47,121 nucleotides of DNA from a virus (IMGVR_UViG_3300044580_000315:1-47121), one strand, 5' to 3'; shown: positions 26,055-35,240, counted from the stretch's first letter. Translations and numbers: made by a program. Notes: a model not told the origin generated them from the letters alone.

Positions 26055-26854
26055 TTAATCCTCCCTTGCTCTCTCAAATGCTGGTAATAAACGTCATAAT
26101 CGAGGCCAATTTTGTCAGCCTCGGACTTAACCCACTGCGGAACCACTGTTCTGGAGCCACTTTTCTGTGGGTTAACGCTTCTCTGCTCTCCCACAGGCGT
26201 TCTCACTGCCACTTCAGGTGCTTTCTTGTCAGGATCAATGCCATATTGCTTCAGCACTTCCGCAACTTTCAGTGCAACCTGCTCCTGCAAGATGTCATCT
26301 GTATGCCTTGCCCTCACTCTATCCAGAGCTGTCTGGTAAACCCTTGGATTTTGGGCCTTTTCAGCCAGCGACATTTGCGAAACTTCTCTTTCCACCTCTT
26401 CCTGGTACTTCGAGTACACACTTTTTGTCGAAGGATCAGTAAGCGCCAGCTCTTTTGACAGAGTAGTATGTGAGTTAGCAAGCAGTTGCGCGAGGCCAAT
26501 CGCGTTTTCTCTCGCTATCTCTTCGGTTGCCTTCACAGGGTCTTCAAGGTAGAGGTTCCTAAGCCTTTGAGCCCTTTCTTCAGGGCTCTCTATCTGAGGA
26601 GAGGGAGGAGCCGCAGCCTCGGGTTTTTCCCTGGGAGCATTCTGCTGGAACCCTTTCATGAAACCTTCGCTTTGGGCCAGCTTTTCCTGCATTGCCCGCA
26701 GCTGCTCTTTCAGCTCGTCCTTGTCCTGAGGGGCATTTTGCTGCTGCTGTTGCAGCTCGAGAGCCTCAGGGCTACCTTCGAGAACAAACTCCTCAGCCGG
26801 AGCACTTTCCTGCTGCCCTTCCTGGGGTGCAGAATCAAGAATCGATTGCGCCAT
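26051..26854 (-). CDS. Capsid scaffolding protein
   Basis: Acidic, E/Q-rich and helical. Located between portal and capsid. Confidence 0.65.
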   Translation of the reverse strand: MAQSILDSAPQEGQQESAPAEEFVLEGSPEALELQQQQQNAPQDKDELKEQLRAMQEKLAQSEGFMKGFQQNAPREKPEAAAPPSPQIESPEERAQRLRNLYLEDPVKATEEIARENAIGLAQLLANSHTTLSKELALTDPSTKSVYSKYQEEVEREVSQMSLAEKAQNPRVYQTALDRVRARHTDDILQEQVALKVAEVLKQYGIDPDKKAPEVAVRTPVGEQRSVNPQKSGSRTVVPQWVKSEADKIGLDYDVYYQHLREQGRIK

Positions 26855-27104
26855 TTTTCACTCCTTTCTCAATAATCTCATCGAGAGTCACTATGAGGGA
26901 CGTAAAGCCCTCAAATTTGGCCTGTAGCCTGGATAGCTCCAGGGGCTCCCGCTCCTTGCCCATTTGCTCCAAGACTCGCTGCTGCTGCCATTTGAGCAAG
27001 AGCTTGGCCGCCTTGTAGCCCTCCACTACCTCCAACGCCGCCTCCAGCGGCATTTGGTATTCCTCCCTGATTTTCTGGAGGAAGTCCGCCTGACTGCTGC
27101 CCAT
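26835..27104 (-). CDS. Small helical protein overlapping the portal 3' end
   Basis: AAAGGAG RBS upstream of the ATG. Fills the gap between portal and scaffold. Confidence 0.6.
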   Translation of the reverse strand: MGSSQADFLQKIREEYQMPLEAALEVVEGYKAAKLLLKWQQQRVLEQMGKEREPLELSRLQAKFEGFTSLIVTLDEIIEKGVKNGAIDS

Positions 27105-28980
27105 TTATAGCTCCTTTCATTTGAAGAACTTGCTGGCCCCTAATCTGGTCAGCCATTCTCATCTGGAGTTCCATTTGCCCAGTAAAGGGCAGGAAGTCTC
27201 CAGGATTTCCCACATCGAAGTATTGCAGCATAGCTTCCATAAGTTTTGCTTGGCCGACATACATGCTCATAAGAAGCTCTTTCGCCTGAGCATTTTGTGC
27301 TAGCTGTGGATTCGACAAGGCCACAAGAGTTTGCAGAGCTTGCTGCCCATATTGATTGTAAAGTTGGCTCACCATAAGGAAGTTATTTTTCTTGGCAGAG
27401 GCAGTTTCGCTAATATCAGTCGACTTCACAGTGAACCTGAACTTGGTAGGAATGTCTTCCACTCTCATGCCGAGAACTATCTGCATATTGGCCTGATCTT
27501 CAGGTGAAAGCCAGGACAAGTCCACAAGGTCTCTGTTAGCTATCATCTGATAAAGGGCTAATGTATATACATTGGTCATCGACTGCTCAGTGTTTTCCCG
27601 CAAGCTATCAAGAATACTGTTCGCTTGCTGCGCCAGGAACATAGTTCCCGAAGAGGTAGCACCGCTTCCCACTGTCCTGTCGTTAAAACCAGCCATGTAG
27701 TCATTGGCTCCGGTAACTCTGTCTGCGTAACCTTGGGCCAGATTCTCAGCAATTATAGCGCCCTGGCTAATATCAGGGAAATCGATAGCTTTGAAGTCTT
27801 GCGAAGGGTCATCAAGCAGCATCAGCTTAAAAGGATAAAACTCTTCATTCGGGCCAATGCCTGCGCCTTTCTTTGCTATGAACATTTTAAGGAAGGAAAG
27901 TTGAGTCCCATCGAGGCGCATTCTATGCAGTGCAGTGACTTCCTCCTGCAAACTCCTTGTCATGTGCCCAATGCCAATGCCGTAGAGCGAATCAGGATTA
28001 TCCATATAAGTAAAAACTTCGACATCCCGAATACTTAGCGGATTAAACTGAGACCGCAGAAGCGTTTTTGTTTCCGGCTCGACCCACGCTATGACATCTT
28101 CGGGAATACCATCGTTGTCGACATCCCAAAAGGCATACACCTCGTACACTTCGAACTCGTGGTTTTCTTCAATCTGGCCCACAGAGGAAGTGCCAACCTT
28201 CGCTTTTTCCAAGGCGTCTTGCATCGACTCGTCATATTGAGTTACCGGCTGCCCTAGAATATTATCTACATTTTGGAAAAAGCCTTGGCCTTCGAACTGC
28301 TTCAGCTCATGCAAAAAGAACCTGTATCTTGTGGCAAGCCAGGGAGCCCGTTGCATGTCTTTCCAATAAGGCCTCGTGAAAAAGTCCTCGAGTCTAATGG
28401 GAATTATCTCAGGGCCTTGGTGCCGCACAAAAGCTACCTGCTCGAGACCGCCCTGTGGATTCTGCCTCTTAAAGTTCCACTTCTCCACCTTAAAGGGAAC
28501 CCTTACCACAGAAGTTCCCATTCTCACCACATCATAAGCTATCTGCTTAAATACCTTATTAACATTTAGGCCGTATTTGTTAATGGCCATTCCCTTAAAG
28601 CAATTCTCAAGGCTTTGGGCAATGTCTCTATCCGCATCATTAAAGGCCACCACAGTTACCGGAGGGTCTTTCATAGAGAAGGCAGCTACCAGTTTCGCGT
28701 AGATAGTCTGCACTTTCTGCATAGTAAGCGGTGGTTCCACATTTGACGCCTTAATCCAGGGAGTATCCCTCTCTTCGCTTATAGGAATCGCTTGTGAAAT
28801 GCGCCGAAATTCTTTCCACTCTGCGATAAGGTCTTGCCGATCCGAGCCATCCCTCACATCAAGAATCTCGGAGCAGACATAGCTAAGAAATTTGCCCCTG
28901 TCCTCATCTGAAGTAAAAATGTCTGGTGAGACAAGCTCTTGATCTACCCGGCCATTATCGACCACTTTGTTATCCGCCAT
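26911..28980 (-). CDS. Portal protein (podovirus type)
   Basis: 689 aa, directly after TerL. GTSVVRV, VYEVY..WD.D.DG, YGIGIG and DRVTG...AG motifs. Confidence 0.85.
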   Translation of the reverse strand: MADNKVVDNGRVDQELVSPDIFTSDEDRGKFLSYVCSEILDVRDGSDRQDLIAEWKEFRRISQAIPISEERDTPWIKASNVEPPLTMQKVQTIYAKLVAAFSMKDPPVTVVAFNDADRDIAQSLENCFKGMAINKYGLNVNKVFKQIAYDVVRMGTSVVRVPFKVEKWNFKRQNPQGGLEQVAFVRHQGPEIIPIRLEDFFTRPYWKDMQRAPWLATRYRFFLHELKQFEGQGFFQNVDNILGQPVTQYDESMQDALEKAKVGTSSVGQIEENHEFEVYEVYAFWDVDNDGIPEDVIAWVEPETKTLLRSQFNPLSIRDVEVFTYMDNPDSLYGIGIGHMTRSLQEEVTALHRMRLDGTQLSFLKMFIAKKGAGIGPNEEFYPFKLMLLDDPSQDFKAIDFPDISQGAIIAENLAQGYADRVTGANDYMAGFNDRTVGSGATSSGTMFLAQQANSILDSLRENTEQSMTNVYTLALYQMIANRDLVDLSWLSPEDQANMQIVLGMRVEDIPTKFRFTVKSTDISETASAKKNNFLMVSQLYNQYGQQALQTLVALSNPQLAQNAQAKELLMSMYVGQAKLMEAMLQYFDVGNPGDFLPFTGQMELQMRMADQIRGQQVLQMKGAINGQQSGGLPPENQGGIPNAAGGGVGGSGGLQGGQALAQMAAAASLGANGQGAGAPGAIQATGQI

Positions 28981-28989
28981 ACTATCCTC

Positions 28990-30720
28990 CTAGTAACCAC
29001 TCACATTGCTTACACTTCGCCGTGCAGAACTTCTTTTCCTGCTGCAGCTTTCTTCATCGTCGTCATCTTCCTCTTCCAAGCTGTCTGGCTTTATGCTCTT
29101 GAAAATGGCGATCTTTATCATGTCCAAAATATCCATTTTATAAGAAGGGAAAACCCTCAGCTCATCCATCACTATATCGTATATTTCTTCCTTGATAAAG
29201 AGCTTATTTCTTGCGAGGTAAGGCTGTAATATATTTCTTATAGTAGCTTCCTTGTCGCCAAGGGCAGGCACCGGCATCGCGTTAAGCTCTTTTCCTCTTA
29301 TCAAAGCTTCTCTTCTCGCAATAGGTATAAACGCCTTAAAGCCAGCTTGCGCCTCTATATAAGGCCCTCTTAAAAAAGGCCTATATTTGTCCTTATAACT
29401 ATAAAGCCAGTCGAAAAATCTTGTCGGCTCGACATATCCCTTATCCACTTCCAATACAGCTACAGTGTCGTCGGCCCATCTTGCGATAACTCCTGTTGCC
29501 GACTTTGAGGTTCGTATGCCAACCCTTTTAGAAGAGGCGGCAGGGTCTCCCGCAGCCACTACATCCGCGCTCGCGAGTGACCTTTTGGAGGAGAGAGGAG
29601 GAGACGCCAAATCGTCGCCCCCAGGAAAAAGCACATAGTACCGTTCGTCAGAGCTGTCCCAAGTCAACTTGCACTTTTGAGGGCGGTACTGCCCGAAGTC
29701 GCCATCTTTTGCGGAATAGGGCCGGTTAAGGTATTGGGTGTAGTAAAGCCAAGGGTTCTCCTCGCGCATCTTGGCTAGCCGAACAGGGTCATAGGCATCG
29801 GGGTTGATGGACTCGCCGTTTTGCAGTGCGGGCCTGTAGTAAGTGACCCACTCGCCGTTTTCGTCGACAGGGTAGTCGTCAATAAGGTCGTCCCAAAAGC
29901 CCCACTGCTCCCTAGTGTGCTTCATTATAGATTCATAAGGGTCGTCGATAGCATAGCGGGTGCCAAGGACAAGGACTCGGCTCTTTGAAGGGTTGACTAC
30001 AAGGGTGTTCATGTTCTCATGGAGCCAGTTGCCCATCTTCAACATGTCTGCGCCCGAAGCATGGTCGCCGTTGAGCATGTCGTCGCCCACAATGTCGTCG
30101 CAGTCGAAAAGATCAACGTGAATCCCTTGCACAGAGCCGCCTGCGGTAATAGCCTTCAAGTTGGGCTCGACGTAGCGTTTTCTCCTATTGGCTAAGACAA
30201 GCTCGACATCGTCGCGGTTGGCCTTTTGATATTCAGGGTAAAGCCACTGATGGAGCTCATTGTCGCGGAAAGTGCTGATGGCCATAGATACAAAGGACAT
30301 AGCTCTGTCAAATATTTCTGAAGTGCAGCCGATGCGCAAGTCAGGGTTGCGCAGCAATTCCCAAGGATTCGCGCCGTGGGTTCCTATCGTTGACTTATAA
30401 GCTGCGCGGGGCAAGAACATAGCGAACTTCCCACCCGGCCTCTCAGTGACGACTTGGCGGAAGTTACACATGTCGACATGGAGGCCCTCGTTAAGGGCGT
30501 CATAGGGGCCGGAGTAGCTGCAAATAAATCGGAGGTAGAACCACAGGCTGACAAAACCTGTTTGCCGGAGGAGTTGCCGAACCTCTTCTGTCGTTTTGAA
30601 CCCACCTTGGGATGTAATTTCCGAAACCGCCTGCTGAAGTACCAATGCCGGGTCTTTCTCGAGTGAGTACATTGGCGCGAGCGGATGCGGTGATATCCTC
30701 AAAGAGGGCCATTGGATCAT
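28990..30720 (-). CDS. terL: Terminase large subunit
   Basis: LPRAAYKST (Walker A), G.HVDLFDCDD (Walker B), LGTRY..DD, QYLNRP, nuclease GDPA, IEAQAG and DILD. Confidence 0.9.
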   Translation of the reverse strand: MIQWPSLRISPHPLAPMYSLEKDPALVLQQAVSEITSQGGFKTTEEVRQLLRQTGFVSLWFYLRFICSYSGPYDALNEGLHVDMCNFRQVVTERPGGKFAMFLPRAAYKSTIGTHGANPWELLRNPDLRIGCTSEIFDRAMSFVSMAISTFRDNELHQWLYPEYQKANRDDVELVLANRRKRYVEPNLKAITAGGSVQGIHVDLFDCDDIVGDDMLNGDHASGADMLKMGNWLHENMNTLVVNPSKSRVLVLGTRYAIDDPYESIMKHTREQWGFWDDLIDDYPVDENGEWVTYYRPALQNGESINPDAYDPVRLAKMREENPWLYYTQYLNRPYSAKDGDFGQYRPQKCKLTWDSSDERYYVLFPGGDDLASPPLSSKRSLASADVVAAGDPAASSKRVGIRTSKSATGVIARWADDTVAVLEVDKGYVEPTRFFDWLYSYKDKYRPFLRGPYIEAQAGFKAFIPIARREALIRGKELNAMPVPALGDKEATIRNILQPYLARNKLFIKEEIYDIVMDELRVFPSYKMDILDMIKIAIFKSIKPDSLEEEDDDDEESCSRKRSSARRSVSNVSGY

Positions 30721-31064
30721 TCTTCACCTTCCTTAGTTTCATCTTGAGGCTCCTTAGAAACAAGCTTCTGTAAGACGCCCATGCCTCTTACCGCGCTCTG
30801 AATGCCATCCGAGAAAGAGAAGATGAGGGTATTGTTGGGCGAGGCACCTTTGGGGAGAGGAGGAGGAGACGCTTTGCCGATAGCTTGCATTATTTTGTCG
30901 GCGGCGTCTTTTTTGACTTTAGGGTCGACTTTGGAGTCGGTTAAGATGTCAATATAGGTTGAGATAGCTAGCCGCTCGAGGTAGCTCTTCATAGCTTCAA
31001 AAGAGCCTTCAGTAAACTCCTGTGCAGTAGAATCGTCCGACTGGTCGATATTTTTTTCGCTCAT
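30717..31064 (-). CDS. Probable terminase small subunit
   Basis: Overlaps the TerL start. Helical AI..Y.DIL...KVKKDAADKIM pattern. Confidence 0.6.
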   Translation of the reverse strand: MSEKNIDQSDDSTAQEFTEGSFEAMKSYLERLAISTYIDILTDSKVDPKVKKDAADKIMQAIGKASPPPLPKGASPNNTLIFSFSDGIQSAVRGMGVLQKLVSKEPQDETKEGEE

Positions 31065-31194
31065 AGGGCAATTTCTCCTTTACTCAATGATAAAGGGTGA
31101 AGTAATATATGTCTAGGAGAGAGGAGGAGACCGCGACAAAGGTAGTGGGAAAGTAAGGACGCCTTGCGTCTTTCACTGCCTAAGCAGCCCTTCA

Positions 31195-31228
31195 AAGAGA
31201 GAGGCCCTAGATAGGGGCCTCTTTTTTT
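31195..31228. terminator. Hairpin terminator, possibly bidirectional
   Basis: AGAGGCCC-7nt-GGGCCTCT followed by a T run, with an A/G-rich stretch on the other side. Sits at the end of the GroES gene. Confidence 0.6.
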
Positions 31229-31514
31229 ATCCCTCAATGATAGCTTCAATGTGCTTCTCCTTGATAAGCAGGACAGGGGTATTGGCGAAAGTGCCTAACT
31301 CAAGGTTGTCATAAAGGCTCACTAGGACAGTATTGCCTGGGGCGACGAGCTTCACCGAAGGGCCAACGGCGAGAACTTTGCCGTGGGAAGTGATTTGCTG
31401 AGCAAAAGGGGGGAGGAGAAGCCCCGAGGGCGTCGATTGAACGCCAGGGTTCATGTGAACTAACACTAGGTCATCAGTCGGCTTGATCTTCTTGAGGTCT
31501 TCGAGGGTCATCAT
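31227..31514 (-). CDS. groES: Co-chaperonin GroES (Cpn10)-like protein
   Basis: IKPTDDLVLV, TPSGLLLP, GKVLAVGP, V.PG.TVL and LLIKEKHIEAII motifs. Confidence 0.85.
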   Translation of the reverse strand: MMTLEDLKKIKPTDDLVLVHMNPGVQSTPSGLLLPPFAQQITSHGKVLAVGPSVKLVAPGNTVLVSLYDNLELGTFANTPVLLIKEKHIEAIIEG

Positions 31515-31819
31515 TTTAGGACTCCTTTTGCGGTAATAAGGGCCTGGTGGAGCAGGCTGGCAAACACATCGACAAATTTCTCATTTTTCCTAAGATCGTC
31601 TTCGTGCATCGAGTAAAGGATAAAATGAACAAGCTCGTGGAGAAAGACTTGTTCCTCTCGAGAAGTTTTTTGAGGCCAGACAGCAGAGTGGCCAGCGATC
31701 TTGATGGTGTTCTCTCGATAAAGAGCTAGACCTTCTGCATCATCTGAAGCAAGGATAGAGGTATCAATTTTGACTTTGATTTTTTGGCCGAAAAGGACAA
31801 ATTCTTTAGGAATGACCAT
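31511..31819 (-). CDS. Small HExxH zinc metallopeptidase-like protein
   Basis: EQVFLHELVHFIL...NEKFVD. Confidence 0.7.
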   Translation of the reverse strand: MVIPKEFVLFGQKIKVKIDTSILASDDAEGLALYRENTIKIAGHSAVWPQKTSREEQVFLHELVHFILYSMHEDDLRKNEKFVDVFASLLHQALITAKGVLK

Positions 31820-32052
31820 TAAATAACTCCTTGTAGTTCGTCAGGCTCCAGCCAGGTCTTGTGATCGAGAATGTCGCGAATGGTGTGGGGGTCGACATGG
31901 TAGGTGCGGGCGAGGGCTTTGACGGCAGTGCCGTGAGAGGCGGCGGCCCGAATAGCCAGGACGTCGGGCCAGGTGAGGTGGGTCAGTGGGTGCCGGGTGC
32001 CGCGAGGGGGTGCCATGTGTTTAGTATACAGGCGTTTAGGTAAAGAGGTCAA
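31819..32052 (-). CDS. Stand-alone HTH resembling the C-terminal DNA-binding domain of phage HNH endonucleases
   Basis: RG.RHP...LTW.DV.AIR...ALARTYHV...TI.DI...KTW. TTG start with GAGGAGG RBS. Confidence 0.65.
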   Translation of the reverse strand: MTSLPKRLYTKHMAPPRGTRHPLTHLTWPDVLAIRAAASHGTAVKALARTYHVDPHTIRDILDHKTWLEPDELQGVI

Positions 32053-32365
32053 TAACCCCTCCTCTTAAGAAAGATGCAAAATTGTATGGGTACAATACCT
32101 AGTGTAGCGGCGGTAAACTCCCCGAACCCGGTGCGGTATCGCCTCCCTTCCTGCTACATATACTTTCCACTATATATCACAAACAATACCTACGAGTTAC
32201 TGTATATACTTTTCTCTATATATCGCCCTTGCTGTACTCGACGCTGCGTGCATCTTCTTAAAAATTTTCATTTTACCTCTTGCGCACTTTTGAAAAGAGG
32301 TATACAATCTCATATGTAAAGCAAGTGTCACTTGCTACATATCTTTCAATGAAGGAAGGTAAATC

Positions 32366-32764
32366 ATGGGTGTTATGCAAATCAACTTTGAAAGCAAAAT
32401 CGCGCTTTCTCGGCACCAAATACAAGAAATGCTCAACACGTTGCTTGTGGGATGCTTCGTAGACGTCAATACAGTAAATAGTCCTAGCGCGGACAACGGC
32501 ACTACATTCACTGCCCAAATCATTTATACCTTGCCGAACGGCTACATTCTCTCCAGGCTCTTCAGCCTTTCTCTAGTGCTTGGTCAAGACTGCATTGCCT
32601 ATTTCGACAGCGGCTCGTCGGGCGTGGCAAAAGGCTTCGTAGGCCTAAAGCCATATGCCAAATTCGACGACGATCTTTTCATTGAGTTTTTCTCAGGCAA
32701 ACCGTTGTCCGAGGCCGAGAAGACCCAAAATCAGGGAGAGAGGAGGAGCCCTCTTCAGCTTTAA
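32366..32764 (+). CDS. Hypothetical protein
   Basis: AGGAAGG RBS, 132 aa, followed by a terminator. Confidence 0.6.
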   Translation: MGVMQINFESKIALSRHQIQEMLNTLLVGCFVDVNTVNSPSADNGTTFTAQIIYTLPNGYILSRLFSLSLVLGQDCIAYFDSGSSGVAKGFVGLKPYAKFDDDLFIEFFSGKPLSEAEKTQNQGERRSPLQL

Positions 32765-32786
32765 GGTGTGCACAAAAAGATACACC

Positions 32787-32815
32787 AAGGCCGGTCAACT
32801 CCGGCCTTCATTTTT
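32787..32815 (+). terminator. Intrinsic terminator
   Basis: AAGGCCGG-6nt-CCGGCCTT followed by CATTTTT. Confidence 0.65.
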
Positions 32816-32970
32816 ATGCCAATAGTTGACCAATTTACTTTGCTAAACCGGTTTAGCATAGAGTGCGCATAACGTCATAAAATCAAATTATTTTCACACA
32901 AACGCCAAGCTATTTCGACTTGCATGTATACAAAAGTAGACACCACCGTTTCAACTATTGAAATGGTCAA

Positions 32971-33734
32971 TTACTTAAGAAAACTTAAGCATTTCTAGCT
33001 TAGAGCTTCAGGCCTAAAACATATCAACTAGCAAGGGGCGTGCCAAAAGTAAAAAAATCGTTCGCCCAAGTTAATTTTGACCCATTTCAACTATTGAAAC
33101 GCTTTAATTCCTTATAGTATAAAGACAAAAGTCAAATTTTGGGACACTGGGCTGTCCACGATGCCATATGTCATTAATGATGATTTGTGAAATATAGGGG
33201 GTATCGGGCCAGATACGAGAGGCAAGGCGGCAGGTTAAGTGTTTGGCGGGCAATAAATTAAGGCTGGGCGGGGAAAGTGGATAGTTTGTTGTCTATTTAC
33301 TTATATTTATATTTATATATTTATATTACCATCTATTATATATATTATATATTATATATAGTAAACTCCGCATATTGTGTCAAAATGACACACTCCCCAC
33401 ATTACACCACTTTTCACTAACTGCCCCTCGCCCCCATTTTCTCTAATTCCTTACCCCGCCGCCACTTACCTCCCTTTCGCCCCTCTAACTGCCCCCTATT
33501 ACCCCTATATTTTACTACTTTTCATTAATGGAACCCCCCATCGCAGACAGCCCAGTGGCCCAACTTTCGAAATAACTCCTTACCTTACCGCAACTTAGAC
33601 CGTTTCAACTGTTGAAATGGGACAATATTAAACTCCCCGCCCCTTTCCTCTTATTTTGGCACACTTCTTGCTAGCCAAAAGCTGGGCTCTCCTCCTCTCT
33701 CCTAAGTTACTTTCACTTAACAAATGTTAAGTAA
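32971..33734. repeat. Large degenerate inverted repeat around an AT-rich core (axis ~33351); candidate replication origin or packaging/terminus site
   Basis: Five paired blocks whose coordinates sum to 66702 (see findings). G-rich inner left arm, C-rich inner right arm, TA tract at 33294-33365. Confidence 0.85.
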
Positions 33735-33781
33735 AACTGCCTTATTTGTTCTAAAATATTTCACTTTTTCCTTTTTTTCTC

Positions 33782-33817
33782 TTGCATTATTTCCCCTTTG
33801 CCCTTATACTCTATAAT
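33782..33817 (+). promoter_or_regulatory. Early sigma70-type promoter
   Basis: TTGCAT-17nt-TATACT, with TATAAT at 33812 and a T-rich upstream tract. Precedes the first early gene. Confidence 0.7.
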
Positions 33818-33869
33818 GTAAAGCAAAAGAAGCTTTACATCGCCAAGCCTTTAATAAAGGAGTTGTAAA

Positions 33870-34091
33870 ATGGAATACGTTTTATGGGCGACAGCATTTG
33901 GGGCCGAAGATTGGGATGAAACAATTATTACTACAATTACTACAGAAGATATAAAAGAAGCTATAGAAAAATTTAGAAAAGCAAAAGCGTGGGCGCAAGG
34001 TCAAGGATTTAGGAATTTTAGGGTGCAATGCTTGTCCTTAGATCAACCCGAAGAAGTTTTAGAGGCTTTTAAAAAAGCTGTAAACCTTTAA
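33870..34091 (+). CDS. Early hypothetical protein
   Basis: AAAGGAG RBS, 73 aa. Confidence 0.7.
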   Translation: MEYVLWATAFGAEDWDETIITTITTEDIKEAIEKFRKAKAWAQGQGFRNFRVQCLSLDQPEEVLEAFKKAVNL

Positions 34092-34105
34092 TAAAGGAGA
34101 AGAAA

Positions 34106-34423
34106 ATGGCAAGATTCTACGGAACAGTCCAAGGTAACCGTGGCGAGGCCTCTCGTCTTGGCACGACAGCCCTTATGGCAAAAGCAAGCGGTTGGCATAT
34201 CGGCGGCATTGTCTACATGGGAATAAATTCTGATGGCGAAGACTCCGCGCAGCTTGTTCTCACTTCAGGCTCTTCTTTCTGTCTTGAAGGTTCCCATTTA
34301 GTATTTTTCGGTAGCTTCACCCGAGAAGACATGCTCACCTTAAACAAACACGAAACGGCTTTCCAGCTCATCATTCAGCAATTTCTTGAGTCGTGCCGCA
34401 AGCTCGACAAGGAAGGAGCCTAA
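34106..34423 (+). CDS. Early hypothetical protein
   Basis: AAAGGAG RBS. Begins MARFYGTVQGNRGEASRLG. Confidence 0.7.
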   Translation: MARFYGTVQGNRGEASRLGTTALMAKASGWHIGGIVYMGINSDGEDSAQLVLTSGSSFCLEGSHLVFFGSFTREDMLTLNKHETAFQLIIQQFLESCRKLDKEGA

Positions 34424-34424
34424 C

Positions 34425-34727
34425 ATGACGATCTACGAAATCAAACGCCGCTTAGCTCGAGCCAATCCGCCTTGCCCTTACTTCAGCAAAAATAGCATGG
34501 CGTGGTTCGGCCAGACTCTCAAAGACTTCAAGGTCAAAAAGCTCAACAAGGCCCAGCGCTTTGCGCTGCCTATAGCTTACCGAGATTTCACTTGCTACTT
34601 GCTGCGAGCCGACAGCTATGCACTTGCAGGTATGCGGCAAAAGCAAAAGATTGGCACCAGCAGAATAGTTTATGTCGAAGAGCTGAATCAGCTTATCGAC
34701 TGCCCCACAGCCCTCGAAAATATCTAA
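34425..34727 (+). CDS. Early hypothetical protein
   Basis: AAGGAG RBS. MTIYEIKRR...YFSKNSMAWFGQTLKDF. Confidence 0.7.
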   Translation: MTIYEIKRRLARANPPCPYFSKNSMAWFGQTLKDFKVKKLNKAQRFALPIAYRDFTCYLLRADSYALAGMRQKQKIGTSRIVYVEELNQLIDCPTALENI

Positions 34728-34920
34728 AGGTGGAAAATCTATGACTTTGATACAAATTGGAGTAAAGGATCAACTGACAGGAATAATTGTTTATAGATCG
34801 AATTTTGATATATATATGAAAAGTCGCATAAACGCGCTGAAAAATAGTGCAAAAAGAATCTAGGTAGTCGTGGAACTATCGTAGAATTGAAAACTAAAGA
34901 TAGCTTCAAGGAGCAGAATT

Positions 34921-35121
34921 GTGAATATATCAGAAGAACTAGACTTAATCATGGCTTATGAGTGTGGTGACCTAGACGACTTGCAAGTTGTTGAACTTTT
35001 CCAGCACCTCATTGATACCGGCCGCGCTTGGCAACTTCAAGGCCACTATGGCCGTACAGCCGTAGCCTTAATCGAAGCTGGTATCTGCAACGCGCGTAAG
35101 GTGCAAAGGAGTAAAAGATGA
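34921..35121 (+). CDS. Small phage hypothetical protein
   Basis: AAGGAG RBS, GTG start. LFQHLIDTG.AWQLQGHYGRTA motif. Confidence 0.7.
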   Translation: MNISEELDLIMAYECGDLDDLQVVELFQHLIDTGRAWQLQGHYGRTAVALIEAGICNARKVQRSKR

Positions 35122-35237
35122 AAAAGAAGAAGCCGAGGACAAAGGCGCAGCGCATTGCTGCTATAGAGAGAGCGATCCGAAAATTTGGTGATCCGCACGG
35201 CAAGCTTAAAGCTGCCTTAGAGATTCTCAATAAGTAG
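35118..35237 (+). CDS. Small basic protein (39 aa)
   Basis: AAGGAG RBS, ATGA overlap. MKKKKPRTKAQRIAAIERAIRKFGDPHGKLKAALEILNK*. Confidence 0.55.
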   Translation: MKKKKPRTKAQRIAAIERAIRKFGDPHGKLKAALEILNK

Positions 35238-35240
35238 TGC

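Noticed and set aside
31061-31249. Track ORF of 62 aa between groES and terS
   Set aside because: It runs through a terminator-like hairpin and a motif copy, overlaps groES and has no protein-like features. Treated as intergenic.
32945-33620. CRISPR array or parS sites suggested by GTTTCAA...TTGAAA(C/T) palindromes
   Set aside because: Units are ~21 bp, irregularly spaced (136 and 518 nt) and part of an inverted structure. Half-site spacing differs from parS (GTTTCACGTGAAAC), and no parB was recognised.
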